Shown here in pieces: positions 1 through 8,924 of a stretch of DNA of 64,000 nucleotides. Position numbers and translations under genes: made by a program. The DNA is from an uncultured Gemmatimonadales bacterium. GTDB lineage: Bacteria; Gemmatimonadota; Gemmatimonadetes; Gemmatimonadales; GWC2-71-9. The notes below the pieces were generated by a model. That model ran no database searches. It worked only from the letters and a program-made list of their open reading frames with translations, and was not told the DNA's origin. The stretch's first letter is position 1, and every line of letters starts with the position of its first letter. The stretch is taken from the NCBI GenBank assembly GCA_963697065.1, contig CAVOMQ010000001.1, positions 386,518 to 450,517 on the forward strand, given 5' to 3'.

Positions 1-747
1 CAGGATCAGCACCGAGCTGATCACCACCGCGCCAGTGGTCGATTTGCCGACACCCTCGGCCCCCTGCCGCGTGGTGAAGCCCTGGTAGCACGACACCAGC
101 GAGATGGCGCCGGCGAAGAAGAAGCCCTTGATCACCGAATACCAGCCGTCAAAGGCGTGCCAGTAGGCCCGCGAGCCGTAGGTGAAATCCTGATTGGAGA
201 TGCCGATCGTGGACTTCGATGCGATCCACCCCGACCCGACCCCGATGACGTCGGCGAAGATCACCAGCATCGGGATCATCAGCAGGCAGGCAAGCACGCG
301 CGGGATGAGCAGGTAGCTGGCGGGCGAGCGCCCGAGCGATTCGAGCGCGTCGATCTGTTCGGTGACGCGCATCGTACCGAGTTCGGCGGCGTAGCGGGCG
401 CCGATCCGCCCGGCGAGGATCAGGCCGACCAGAACGGGACCGAGTTCCAGGATCAGCGACTCGGTGACCAGCGAGCCGACGACATAGACGGGCACGTTCC
501 CGGTGAACTGATAGCCTGCCTGCAGCGCGGTGACCGCGCCGGCGAACGACGAGATGAGGAAGACGATGAACAGCGAGCCGGCGCCGATGCTCCACGCCTC
601 GTCGAACGTGCGCGGCAACCAGACGCGCCATTCGGCCAGTCCGCGGATCATGTCGAAGACCATGTCGGCGAAGCGACCGATCGAGGCCAGACCGTCGAGC
701 GTGGCACGGCCCGCGCCGCCGGACAGGCGGGTGATCAGCGTCTCCAT
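1..747 (-). CDS. mlaE: MlaE-type ABC transporter permease (phospholipid/organic-solvent tolerance family); 3' end runs off the window
   Basis: Own translation of the minus strand from ATG (complement of 745-747): METLITRLSGG...SLFIVFLISSFAGAVTALQAGYQF...MRVTEQIDALESLG...KGFFFAGAISLVSCYQGF. It is absent from the ORF track because no stop lies inside the window. The EQIDAL motif and TM pattern are typical of MlaE. Confidence 0.8.
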   Translation of the reverse strand, partial: METLITRLSGGAGRATLDGLASIGRFADMVFDMIRGLAEWRVWLPRTFDEAWSIGAGSLFIVFLISSFAGAVTALQAGYQFTGNVPVYVVGSLVTESLILELGPVLVGLILAGRIGARYAAELGTMRVTEQIDALESLGRSPASYLLIPRVLACLLMIPMLVIFADVIGVGSGWIASKSTIGISNQDFTYGSRAYWHAFDGWYSVIKGFFFAGAISLVSCYQGFTTRQGAEGVGKSTTGAVVISSVLIL

Positions 748-774
748 TCTGCTCCTGCAACTCGACGGTCGGTC

Positions 775-1500
775 ATGGCGCCTCTATCTTGCCCGGCGGT
801 GACCCGGAAGTCCATCCCCGATGCGGCGCGGCGGCTCGCCTTCAGACGACGGCTCCTGGCCTGGTTCCGGCGTCACGGCCGCGATCTGCCCTGGCGCCGC
901 ACACGGGATCCCTATCACATCCTCGTTTCCGAGGTCATGCTCCAGCAGACGCAGGTGTCGCGCGTCACCGAGTACTGGCCCCGCTTTCTGGAGCGCTTTC
1001 CGACGCTGCGCGATCTCGCCGCCGCACCTGCTCCCCGCGTGCGTGAGGCGTGGAACGGCCTCGGCTACTATCGTCGCGCCGCCAATCTCCATCACCTCGC
1101 GCAACAGGTGGTGGCGGAGCACGACGGCGACCTGCCGCGCGACGCCGAACAGCTGCGGACTCTCCCCGGCGTCGGCCGTTACACGGCCGGTGCGGTGGCG
1201 AGCTTTGCCTGGGAACAGGCCGAGCCCGCGGTGGATACTAACGTGGCCCGCGTGCTGCGCCGTGCCTTTCATCCCCGCCTGGCCCGCGGCGCCCGCGGTG
1301 TGCGCACCCTCGACGCCACCGCCCGCTCGCTCCTCCCCCGCCCCGGCAGAACGGCCTGGGCCACGAATCAGGCCCTGATGGAACTCGGCGCCCTGATCTG
1401 CACCGCACGGGTGATGCGTTGTGACAAGTGCCCGGTACGCCCGGTGTGCCTGACGGGAAACAGGACGGTGCGCCGCGCAGGTTCCCGGCGCGCCGTCTAG
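775..1500 (+). CDS. mutY: HhH-GPD base-excision glycosylase, MutY-like (short form without the C-terminal Nudix-like domain)
   Basis: Internal ATG at 775 of ORF 157..1500. Contains LPWRRTRDPYHILVSEVMLQQTQV, the GLGYYRRA HhH region, and a 4Fe-4S ligand pattern C-x6-C-x2-C-x5-C (CTARVMRCDKCPVRPVC). Confidence 0.8.
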   Translation: MAPLSCPAVTRKSIPDAARRLAFRRRLLAWFRRHGRDLPWRRTRDPYHILVSEVMLQQTQVSRVTEYWPRFLERFPTLRDLAAAPAPRVREAWNGLGYYRRAANLHHLAQQVVAEHDGDLPRDAEQLRTLPGVGRYTAGAVASFAWEQAEPAVDTNVARVLRRAFHPRLARGARGVRTLDATARSLLPRPGRTAWATNQALMELGALICTARVMRCDKCPVRPVCLTGNRTVRRAGSRRAV

Positions 1501-1512
1501 TGGCACCGCCGG

Positions 1513-2760
1513 TCAGTCGACCGGAGCGTCGCGAAGCAGATCGATGGTGTGATCGACGTCGCGCTGCAGCACGTAGACGTGGGTGCTGAGGCGGAGGTAT
1601 TCGTAGCCGAACTCGGCGACTCTGCGGGTCCGGATCCGGAAGCGGCCGAGGTAACCCTGCAGATGTTCGGCGGTGGTTCCGTCCATCGTGAACGCCACCA
1701 TCGCCGAGCGGAGCGCCGCGTTGCGCGGCGAGACGAGACGCACCCGCGGCAGCTTCGCCAGGCCCTCGAAGAGCCGGGTGGCAAGACCGCGGTCGCGCTG
1801 CTCGATGACATCCTGCCCGATGGCGCGCTGAAACGCGACGGCCGCACGCAGCCCCTGGACCAGGGATTCGTTGCTGGTGCCGACGTGCTCGAAGCGTTCG
1901 ATGTTCTCCGCGGCCCAGTCACCGGAGGCGATCAGCGGCCAGGTGGTGGCGATGCGGTCGGGGTGCACCACGAGCAGACCGGTTCCCTTCGGCGCGAGCA
2001 GCCACTTGTGCGTCGACGTCGCGTAGAAATCAGCATCGAGCGCCTGCAGATCGACGTGCAGCATGCCCGGCGGATGCGCTCCGTCGATCACGGTGATGAT
2101 GCCGCGTTGCCGCGCAAGCCCCACCAGCTTCGCCACCGGCTGGATCATCCCGGTGGTGAACAGGACGTGCGAGATCGACAGCACCCTTGTGCGGGTCGTG
2201 ATCTGCGCCTCCCACGCGGCAACGAGTTCATCATCGTCGACCGGGTCGAGCGGCGGTGCGAACGTGCGGTACACCACGCCACGCCGTTTGGCGAGCAACT
2301 CCCAGCAACAGCGCCCGCCGATATGCTCGTGCGTGGTGGAGAGCACTTCGTCGCCGGGCTGGAGCTCGATGCCGGCGGCGGCATTGTTCATGGCCTCGGT
2401 GGTATTGCGCAGTACCGCCACGCTCCCCGGCCAGGCGTCGAGGAACGACTCGATCTCGACCTTGAAGGCCGGCCAGTCGACCGCTTCCTGTCCGATGATC
2501 CGCTCGAAAGCCCGCAGGTGCTGGATGGTGGCATCGAGCACCGGCAACGGGCACGCGCCATACGTGCCGGTGTTGAGGTGCAGTCCGTCGATCACGAACT
2601 GATCCTTGATCCGTTCCCAGCCGGCTTCGTCGAGCGGCCCCGCGATCGGCGACACCGCGCCGGACCCTGGCGGGTGGGTGGGAATGCGCCGCGCCAGCGT
2701 CCCGATGCCGGGGAACGCGGCGGCCAGCGCCAGCAGGTCGCGGCGCGAGATGTCGTTCAA
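1513..2760 (-). CDS. Class V aminotransferase-fold PLP enzyme (isopenicillin-N epimerase / cysteine desulfurase-like) with a twin-arginine signal
   Basis: C-terminal 415 codons of ORF 1513..3303. TTG start at complement of 2758-2760 overlaps the upstream stop. N-terminus NDISRRDLLALAAAFPGIG is Tat-like. ATSTHKWLLAPKG is a PLP-lysine motif. Confidence 0.75.
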   Translation of the reverse strand: MNDISRRDLLALAAAFPGIGTLARRIPTHPPGSGAVSPIAGPLDEAGWERIKDQFVIDGLHLNTGTYGACPLPVLDATIQHLRAFERIIGQEAVDWPAFKVEIESFLDAWPGSVAVLRNTTEAMNNAAAGIELQPGDEVLSTTHEHIGGRCCWELLAKRRGVVYRTFAPPLDPVDDDELVAAWEAQITTRTRVLSISHVLFTTGMIQPVAKLVGLARQRGIITVIDGAHPPGMLHVDLQALDADFYATSTHKWLLAPKGTGLLVVHPDRIATTWPLIASGDWAAENIERFEHVGTSNESLVQGLRAAVAFQRAIGQDVIEQRDRGLATRLFEGLAKLPRVRLVSPRNAALRSAMVAFTMDGTTAEHLQGYLGRFRIRTRRVAEFGYEYLRLSTHVYVLQRDVDHTIDLLRDAPVD

Positions 2761-3212
2761 TGCTTGTAGAGCGCGCCGGCGAGGAGTGCGATCAGCGCCA
2801 GCGTGCCCGCAATCGAGCTGACGATGCGGAGCCGGACGCGGAGTGCATCGAAGAGTGGCGCCTGCGGCCCCAGCGGTTCGAGGCGGGACAGCTTCGCCGC
2901 GATCGGCAGTGACCCGAGCAGCGAGACGAGAGCGCCCACCGCCCCGGCGCCTTCCATGGTGCCGAGCCACGGCCCGACGTACCCGGACATGGCACCCGGT
3001 GCACTGAGCGCCATGATGATGCCCGAGAAGAGGACGATGACGGCCCCCGGCGCGATCAGGCCGCGGTAGATGGCGCCCTGCACTTCGACGGCCGCGCCCC
3101 ACAGTGAGCGGTCGAGGCGGCGCATGGCCAGTGACGCGACGAATCCGGCCAGACCGCCGCCGATCCACGCGACGAACCCGAGATAGTGGATGAAATGCCA
3201 GAAGCCGTTCAT
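2757..3212 (-). CDS. Small polytopic membrane protein (DUF2269-like), function unknown
   Basis: ORF 2757..3212, four hydrophobic segments (FIHYLGFVAWIGGGLAGFV, GAVIVLFSGIIMAL, ...). 4-nt overlaps with both neighbours. Confidence 0.6.
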   Translation of the reverse strand: MNGFWHFIHYLGFVAWIGGGLAGFVASLAMRRLDRSLWGAAVEVQGAIYRGLIAPGAVIVLFSGIIMALSAPGAMSGYVGPWLGTMEGAGAVGALVSLLGSLPIAAKLSRLEPLGPQAPLFDALRVRLRIVSSIAGTLALIALLAGALYKH

Positions 3213-3637
3213 GACGTGGTGACCTCGAAGAGTTGTTCATCGACCGGCATCCGGCCCGCGAAACCGGTGTCGACCTCGTGCCAGTATTCGACGTGGTCCT
3301 CACCGTAACGCCAGCACAGAAGGACTTCGCGCCCGGCGATCAGCGCGGGATAATCGACCAATCCGGCGTCGAATCCCTTGAACAGACAGCCGATCTGGTC
3401 GAGCTCGTCGAGGCACGACTCGATTTCGCCCGCCAGTTGGCCGGCTTCGAGACGCGCGGCGCGGGCGGCGTCGGTCTCGGCGTCGGGCGTCGCCGCGACC
3501 TGTTCGGCTTCGAACGCCGCGACGGCGCGGCGCCAGCGGGGATGCAGCTCCTGCAGATCGCCGACGATACGTCGCACCAGCGGCAGCGTGGCATCGGCCT
3601 GCTCGGGGGTGAAGTAGCGGCGGGGGGAATCGGTCAT
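3209..3637 (-). CDS. DUF2203-like protein, function unknown
   Basis: Internal ATG (complement of 3635-3637) of ORF 3209..3817: MTDSPRRYFTPEQADATLPLVRRIV...LLCWRYGEDHVEYWHEVDTGFAGR. ATGA overlap with the upstream patatin stop. Confidence 0.6.
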   Translation of the reverse strand: MTDSPRRYFTPEQADATLPLVRRIVGDLQELHPRWRRAVAAFEAEQVAATPDAETDAARAARLEAGQLAGEIESCLDELDQIGCLFKGFDAGLVDYPALIAGREVLLCWRYGEDHVEYWHEVDTGFAGRMPVDEQLFEVTTS

Positions 3638-4461
3638 GTCCACTCCGTGAGCGCGTGCTGCATGGCACGATAACCGGCTTCGGCGTACTGCGCGGCCCGG
3701 TCGAGCGCGAACGTCGCGCCACGGTCGTGCACCGGGCGCAGCCACACCAGTGGCGGCGCACCGGGCCGGGCGGTCCAGCGCTCCCGCATCAGCGCCGCCG
3801 AATCGGCCATGAGCCACCCGATGGCGGCGTCGGAGAGCGCGATCAGCGGCGGCGGTACTTCCACGGGCGCGCCGGTTTCGTCAAACCCGGGACCGGTGTG
3901 CATCGCGATGACGAGGTCGCAGTCGATCCCCTCTGCCTGGCGGAGCGGCACCTGGCCGCGGGTGCCACCGTCGAAGTAGCGCCGGCCGTTGATGGTCACC
4001 GGTGGAAAGTAGGGCGGCAGCGCGCACGACGCCGCAAGGACGTCGAGCAGCGGCGCATCCGCGCCGGCGGTGCCGAAGGCCGTCTCCGCCCCGGTGGCAA
4101 CGTCGACGGCAGTGACGGTGCACGGCGCGCGAAGATCGGCAAAGCGTCTCGCCGCCACAACGGCCGCGATGGTGGCGCGGAGCGGCCCGGCCTTGAGCAC
4201 GTGGCGCGACCAGATGCCGCGCAACAACCCGATGCGGTCCGGCACCAGCACGTCAGGACGTTTGAGGCGCAGCATCCGTTCGAGAATCGATTCCGGCGCG
4301 TCGCCGGAGGCGAGCGCGACCGCCATGACGGCGCCCATCGATGTCCCGATCCAGCGGACCGGTGCGATCCCGGCCTCGGCCAGCGCGCGCGCCGCACCGA
4401 GATGCGCCGCGGTCTTGGCGCCACCACCACCCAGCACCATCACCACTCGCGGCGGGTTCAC
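3634..4461 (-). CDS. Patatin-like phospholipase
   Basis: GGGGAK oxyanion motif, GTSMG (GxSxG) nucleophile elbow and a downstream DGG motif. GTG start overlaps the upstream stop (GTGA). Confidence 0.85.
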   Translation of the reverse strand: MNPPRVVMVLGGGGAKTAAHLGAARALAEAGIAPVRWIGTSMGAVMAVALASGDAPESILERMLRLKRPDVLVPDRIGLLRGIWSRHVLKAGPLRATIAAVVAARRFADLRAPCTVTAVDVATGAETAFGTAGADAPLLDVLAASCALPPYFPPVTINGRRYFDGGTRGQVPLRQAEGIDCDLVIAMHTGPGFDETGAPVEVPPPLIALSDAAIGWLMADSAALMRERWTARPGAPPLVWLRPVHDRGATFALDRAAQYAEAGYRAMQHALTEWT

Positions 4462-4928
4462 CGACGGCCACGCTGCCGGCGGAATTCCTCGGCGGCAATG
4501 TACCGGGCGCGTTCCTCATCGGTCTCGGCGAGGAGGCGCGGCACCCGCTTGGGGCGCCCCGCTTCGTCGAGTGCCACGAACACCATGTGCGCCGTGTTGG
4601 TGTGACGCCGTTCGCCGGTGCTCGGCGTTTCGGCGTAGACCAGCACGGTAATGTCCATTGACGTGGTACCGACGAAGTCGACCGTCGACTGACACGTCAC
4701 GAGCGAGCCAAGCCGGATCCGCTCCCGGAAATCGACCTTGTCGATCGACACCGTCACCGCCGGGCCGCCGCAGTGACGGATGGCGGCCACCGCGGCCGCC
4801 TGGTCGACCAGCGCCATCAGTTCGCCGCCGAACATGTCGCCCAGGATGTTCGACATGTTGGGCATGACGAATGTCGAGACCTCACCGCGCGAATAGGACA
4901 TCGGCCGGGAGTCTGGCAGCGGATGCAT
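4458..4928 (-). CDS. Acyl-CoA thioesterase (hotdog fold, YciA-like)
   Basis: C-terminal part of ORF 4458..5582 from ATG at complement of 4926-4928: VMPNMSNILGDMFGGELMALVDQAAAVAA...VSIDKVDFRERIRLGS. Confidence 0.8.
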   Translation of the reverse strand: MHPLPDSRPMSYSRGEVSTFVMPNMSNILGDMFGGELMALVDQAAAVAAIRHCGGPAVTVSIDKVDFRERIRLGSLVTCQSTVDFVGTTSMDITVLVYAETPSTGERRHTNTAHMVFVALDEAGRPKRVPRLLAETDEERARYIAAEEFRRQRGRR

Positions 4929-4957
4929 GGCAACAGTCCGTCGGAGAATGGTGGACG

Positions 4958-6739
4958 TCAGTAATCGACCGGCCGGAGGTAATACTCGCCGATGGCGGTC
5001 TGCGAGACCATCGCGACACTGGGCAGGCGCCGCTTCCAGTGCGTGCCGTCGAGACGCTTCCGCACCCGGGCCACATCGGCGGCGTCGACGCCCGCGGCGA
5101 CGATCGCCTCGTCGGGATAGCCGGTGAGAAGCAGTTCGAGAATCGGATCCGCCGTGGCATACGAGACTCCGAAGTCTCCCTCGTCGGTCTGGCCGGCAAC
5201 GAGATCGGCGCTCGCCGGCTTGTCGATGATCTGCTGCGGCACACCGAGGTGCCGCGCCAGCGCCCACACCTGCGTCTTGTAGAGATCGCCGATGGGGTTG
5301 ACCGGCGGCGCGTCGTCGGCGTGCCACGTGTAATACCCGAGCAGCCGCTCGCTCTTGTTGCTGGTGCCGAGGGGCAGCGCGTCGCGCGCGGCGGAGCGAT
5401 CGAACAGGGCCACCATGCGGAGCCGGGCCATCACGTTGCCGAGGCGCGCGGGAGTCGAAGGCACACCCGAGGCCGCCACAAATCCGTCGACGGCGGCGGT
5501 GATGTCGACGGTGACCTCCTCGATGCCGAGTGCTTCGACGACGAGATGCGCGTCGGCCAGCGACACCGGATTCGAAGTGCAATACGGGAGCCGCATGGTA
5601 ATGACGTTGGCTGCTCCGAATGCCTCGGCGGCGAGGAATGCCACCACGGCGCTGTCGACACCGCCGGACAGACCGACGACGACACGGTGGAAGCGCCGCC
5701 GGCGGGTGACTTCGTCGCGAAGGAACTCGACCAGCCAGCGTGCCGTGAGCGCCGCGTCGATGCGCAGATCGGGAACGGGCGCCGCGCTCGGCCGGACTGG
5801 ACCCGGTGTCGGTGCAATAATCTCGACCGGCTCCGGTGCCTCGCCGGCCCGTTCGCGGCGTCGCGCCTGCAGCGCATCGATGAGATGCGGCAAGCGCATT
5901 TCAAGATCCGCCAACAACGGCGACTCGGCGCGCACGCGAACGATCTCGTCGGTGTCGATGGGGTGGACGACGAGTGCGTCTTCGAACAGCGGGGCCCGGG
6001 CAACGAGCTCACCCGCCGGATCCACCAGGATCGATCCGCCGGGAAATCCCTTTCCCCCCTCGAATCCCACCAGCTGCACGAGCGCCACGTACACGCCGTG
6101 CTCGGCTGCGATGTCGCGCGCCAGCCGCTCCCACCGCACCAGCGATTCCGGTTCACCCGGGTGCAGCGGATCGGGGGCCAGTCCGCGCGCCGGACTGGCT
6201 GCGACGATCGCGATGAGTTCGGCGCCGTCGACGGCCGCGATGGTTGCGGTCAGTGAGTGCCAGGCGTCTTCGCACACCAGCATCGCGGCACGGCCGAACC
6301 GGGTGTCGAAGGCGCGGACGTCGCGGCCGGCCTCGACGAAGCGCTCCTCGTCGAATACACCGTAGGTGGGAAGAAACACCTTGCGATGCACGTGGCGGAT
6401 GCCGGCGTCGCTGCCGCCGAGCGCTGCCCAGAGCGCGGAATTGTGGAGGCGGTCGTCGAAGAGCTCGTAGAATCCGACGCACACCTCGACGGGCGGCGCG
6501 CCGGCACGGGCGTGACGGGCGGCGAGGTCGATGAACAGCGCCTGGGCGGTACGGGCGTGCTCCCGCACGCCGCCCTCGAGGAAATAGCCGGTCAGAATCG
6601 CTTCGGGAAAGATGAGCACGCCCGGCGGAGCCGGGAGGGTGGCGATTTCGCGAAAGGTCTGTTCGATCCGGTCGAGATTCGCCGCCGGCGCGCCCTTGGT
6701 CGGGCGGAACTGGCAGAGGCCCACCGAGACGGCGCTCAT
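4958..6739 (-). CDS. nadE: Glutamine-dependent NAD+ synthetase (nitrilase domain + NAD synthase domain)
   Basis: Internal ATG at complement of 6737-6739. N-terminal CN-hydrolase domain (MLVCEDAWH). C-terminal SGGVDS P-loop of the N-type ATP pyrophosphatase, plus GTSNKSE and NPIGDLYKTQV. Confidence 0.9.
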   Translation of the reverse strand: MSAVSVGLCQFRPTKGAPAANLDRIEQTFREIATLPAPPGVLIFPEAILTGYFLEGGVREHARTAQALFIDLAARHARAGAPPVEVCVGFYELFDDRLHNSALWAALGGSDAGIRHVHRKVFLPTYGVFDEERFVEAGRDVRAFDTRFGRAAMLVCEDAWHSLTATIAAVDGAELIAIVAASPARGLAPDPLHPGEPESLVRWERLARDIAAEHGVYVALVQLVGFEGGKGFPGGSILVDPAGELVARAPLFEDALVVHPIDTDEIVRVRAESPLLADLEMRLPHLIDALQARRRERAGEAPEPVEIIAPTPGPVRPSAAPVPDLRIDAALTARWLVEFLRDEVTRRRRFHRVVVGLSGGVDSAVVAFLAAEAFGAANVITMRLPYCTSNPVSLADAHLVVEALGIEEVTVDITAAVDGFVAASGVPSTPARLGNVMARLRMVALFDRSAARDALPLGTSNKSERLLGYYTWHADDAPPVNPIGDLYKTQVWALARHLGVPQQIIDKPASADLVAGQTDEGDFGVSYATADPILELLLTGYPDEAIVAAGVDAADVARVRKRLDGTHWKRRLPSVAMVSQTAIGEYYLRPVDY

Positions 6740-6779
6740 GCGGATTAAGATACCCGGCACGTCAAAGCCGAGGAATGGA

Positions 6780-7250
6780 ATGTCATTGCGCCACTCGATG
6801 CCGAATCTGTTCAATGCCTCCGAAGCGCTGCCGTGGCTGGTGACATCCGGGCAGCCGGAACCGGACGATCTGCGCACCGCCAGGACCGCCGGAGTGAAGA
6901 ACATCATCGACGCTCGCGATCCGATGGAACCGCGCGGCTATGACGAGCCCGCGTTGGTGCGCGAGCTCGGCATGCAATACGAGCTCGCGCCGGTGGTGAC
7001 CGGCGCTCTGAGCGACGCCGTGATGGATCGGGTGTTGGGAGCGCTGCGCCGGCACGCCGGCACACCGACCGTGCTGCACTGCAGCAGCGCCAACCGCACC
7101 GGCGGCCCGCTGTTGGCCTACCTGCTGCTGGAAGAGAAGGTGGATGAGGCGGCCGCGATCGACATTGCGATGCGCGCCGGCCTGCGCAGTGTGGAAGTCA
7201 TGGAATGGGCACTGGACTATGCGCACCGCCACGGTGGCGCCGCCAGCTGA
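6780..7250 (+). CDS. DUF442 / protein-tyrosine-phosphatase-like protein (CX5R motif)
   Basis: Internal ATG at 6780 of ORF 6612..7250. HCSSANRTG matches the HCX5R(S/T) phosphatase P-loop. Confidence 0.65.
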   Translation: MSLRHSMPNLFNASEALPWLVTSGQPEPDDLRTARTAGVKNIIDARDPMEPRGYDEPALVRELGMQYELAPVVTGALSDAVMDRVLGALRRHAGTPTVLHCSSANRTGGPLLAYLLLEEKVDEAAAIDIAMRAGLRSVEVMEWALDYAHRHGGAAS

Positions 7251-7337
7251 TCCAGCAGTGGTCGTCCGGATAACCAGAACAGGGTGACGTCGCCGGGAGC
7301 GACGCCACCCTGTTCCGGGTCGGCCCGACGATCCGGG

Positions 7338-8753
7338 CTAGCGACCGCGGCCGTGCCCGCCTGTAGCACGGGGCGCCGGCGCGCGTGCTCCACCACCATG
7401 CGGCGCGGGGGCGGGAGCCGCACGGGGAGGAGCTGGCCGAGCCGAAGGCCGAACCTCGGGGGACGAGGGCCGGGCCTGCGGGGCCTGCTCAACGCGCGGT
7501 GGCTCGCGGTAAACCGGGCGCGCCTCACGTTGAGGTTCACTGCGAACCGCTGGCGACCCGTTCGAGACGCGCGGCGGCTCGCGGAAAACGGGACGCGCTT
7601 CGACGCCGCCGGCCTGAACCGACCGGCCCGGCATGAAACCACCGGGCGAAGCTGCACCGTGTCCGACGTCGAAGCTGTTCGGGCGCGGCCGCGCGCGCAC
7701 GCCAGTGCCGATGCCACGCGGGGCGGCGGGGCGCGACGACGGCGCGCTCACTCGCGGTTGGGGTTGCGACTGCGGTGCCATCGGCCGCGGACGACCGGCG
7801 TCCGGCCGACCGGTCGGCGCCACAGGAGAGGGCGTCCCGACACGGCCCACCGGGCCGCGGGCGCCACCGGCGAGCTGCGGCGTATAGCGCGGCCGCGCCC
7901 TGGTGCCGAAGCCCGCGACATCGAGACGGGTCCGAACTGGACGACCGCCGACGACCACCGGGGGGTACAACCCGGGATACCCGTAGTAGCCGCCGCCGTA
8001 GTAGCCGCCGTAGCCGTAATAGCCGTCGTACCACCACGGATCGAACAGGAACGGATCGTAGTAGGGGTCGAACCCTCCGTACCCGAGACCGACGTTGATG
8101 TTGAATCCGGCCCGCGGATACGCCCAGCCGCAACCGAGACACCGCCACGATGGGTTGTAGTAGGGATCGTAGTAACCCGGGTAGTACCCGTTTCCGATCT
8201 CATCGTCCGTTGTCGCGGCGGCGATCTGCTGCACACTGTAGCCCACGTCGTCGTAGTCGAACCGTTGCTGATCGGTCGTCTGACTGACGAGCAACGTCAG
8301 GTCGTGCTCGGGATCGGACGATGTGTCGTTGAGCCGGAGCGCGCCGTAATCCCAATGACCGTTCACCACGAAATGGCTGAAGTCGAGCGGCTGCTTCGAC
8401 ACCGCGGCGTAGATCAGCCCGCTGCCGGCGACGTCGTCCGCCTCGAACGCCGAACCCGCACCGCGGCCACGAACTTCATATTCCTTGCCGCCCTTGACGA
8501 ATGCGTCGTCGTTCGGATCGAGGGGGAAGAGCACCTGGATCTGCCGGTCGTCGTCGACCCGCAGCACCAGGATGTAGCCGTCATCGCGGGTCTGCACCCG
8601 AACGCCGACCTCGTCACCCGGAGAGTAGTCGCCGTCGCTGCGGTTGAGGGTCAGCTGGATTGCCGGCTGCTGAGGGGCCACGGGGGCCGCCGGACGAACC
8701 GGTGTTACCGCACCGGGCGCCGTGGCAAGCACGGTGGCAAGCATCATCAACAT
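7338..8753 (-). CDS. Exported DUF4384-domain protein with a Tyr/Gly/Pro-rich low-complexity region and a Pro/Arg-rich repeat tail
   Basis: ATG at complement of 8751-8753, preceded by GGAGG at 6 nt. Signal peptide MLMMLATVLATAPG. DUF4384-like YSPGDEVGVRVQTRDDGYILVLRVDDDRQIQVLFP. Then GYYPGYYDPYYNPSW...YGYGGYYGGGYYGYPGLYPP. Confidence 0.7.
   Translation of the reverse strand: MLMMLATVLATAPGAVTPVRPAAPVAPQQPAIQLTLNRSDGDYSPGDEVGVRVQTRDDGYILVLRVDDDRQIQVLFPLDPNDDAFVKGGKEYEVRGRGAGSAFEADDVAGSGLIYAAVSKQPLDFSHFVVNGHWDYGALRLNDTSSDPEHDLTLLVSQTTDQQRFDYDDVGYSVQQIAAATTDDEIGNGYYPGYYDPYYNPSWRCLGCGWAYPRAGFNINVGLGYGGFDPYYDPFLFDPWWYDGYYGYGGYYGGGYYGYPGLYPPVVVGGRPVRTRLDVAGFGTRARPRYTPQLAGGARGPVGRVGTPSPVAPTGRPDAGRPRPMAPQSQPQPRVSAPSSRPAAPRGIGTGVRARPRPNSFDVGHGAASPGGFMPGRSVQAGGVEARPVFREPPRVSNGSPAVRSEPQREARPVYREPPRVEQAPQARPSSPEVRPSARPAPPRAAPAPAPHGGGARAPAPRATGGHGRGR
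7491..7601 (-). repeat. Two copies of a 36-nt segment with 75-nt period, encoding EARPV(F/Y)REPPRV inside the DUF4384 gene tail
   Basis: Plus strand 7491-7526 aacgcgcggtggctcgcggtaaaccgggcgcgcctc versus 7566-7601 gacgcgcggcggctcgcggaaaacgggacgcgcttc. Confidence 0.6.
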
Positions 8754-8924
8754 GGGCACCTCCGATTGGTCAGTACGTCTCCACCAGATCACCGATATCT
8801 GTTACCAGATCCGTGCCATCGGTAAGTTGTTCATTTGCAATATCTTGGAAATTCGGCCCCGGGCCGGGGTGTCCCACCGGAGGGACAGATTTGACCTGTG
8901 GGAGGACGTTCGTGGCACTCGGAG

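Noticed and set aside
7284-8825. 513-aa plus-strand ORF
   Set aside because: It is antisense to the DUF4384 gene. That gene has an SD site, a signal peptide and a recognisable domain, whereas the plus-strand translation is Arg/Pro/Gly-rich noise.
8830-8875. GC-rich palindromic stretch ggccccgggccgggg as a terminator for the NTF2-like gene
   Set aside because: The possible stem leaves almost no loop and the T-tract is minimal. I cannot distinguish it from background GC-rich symmetry.
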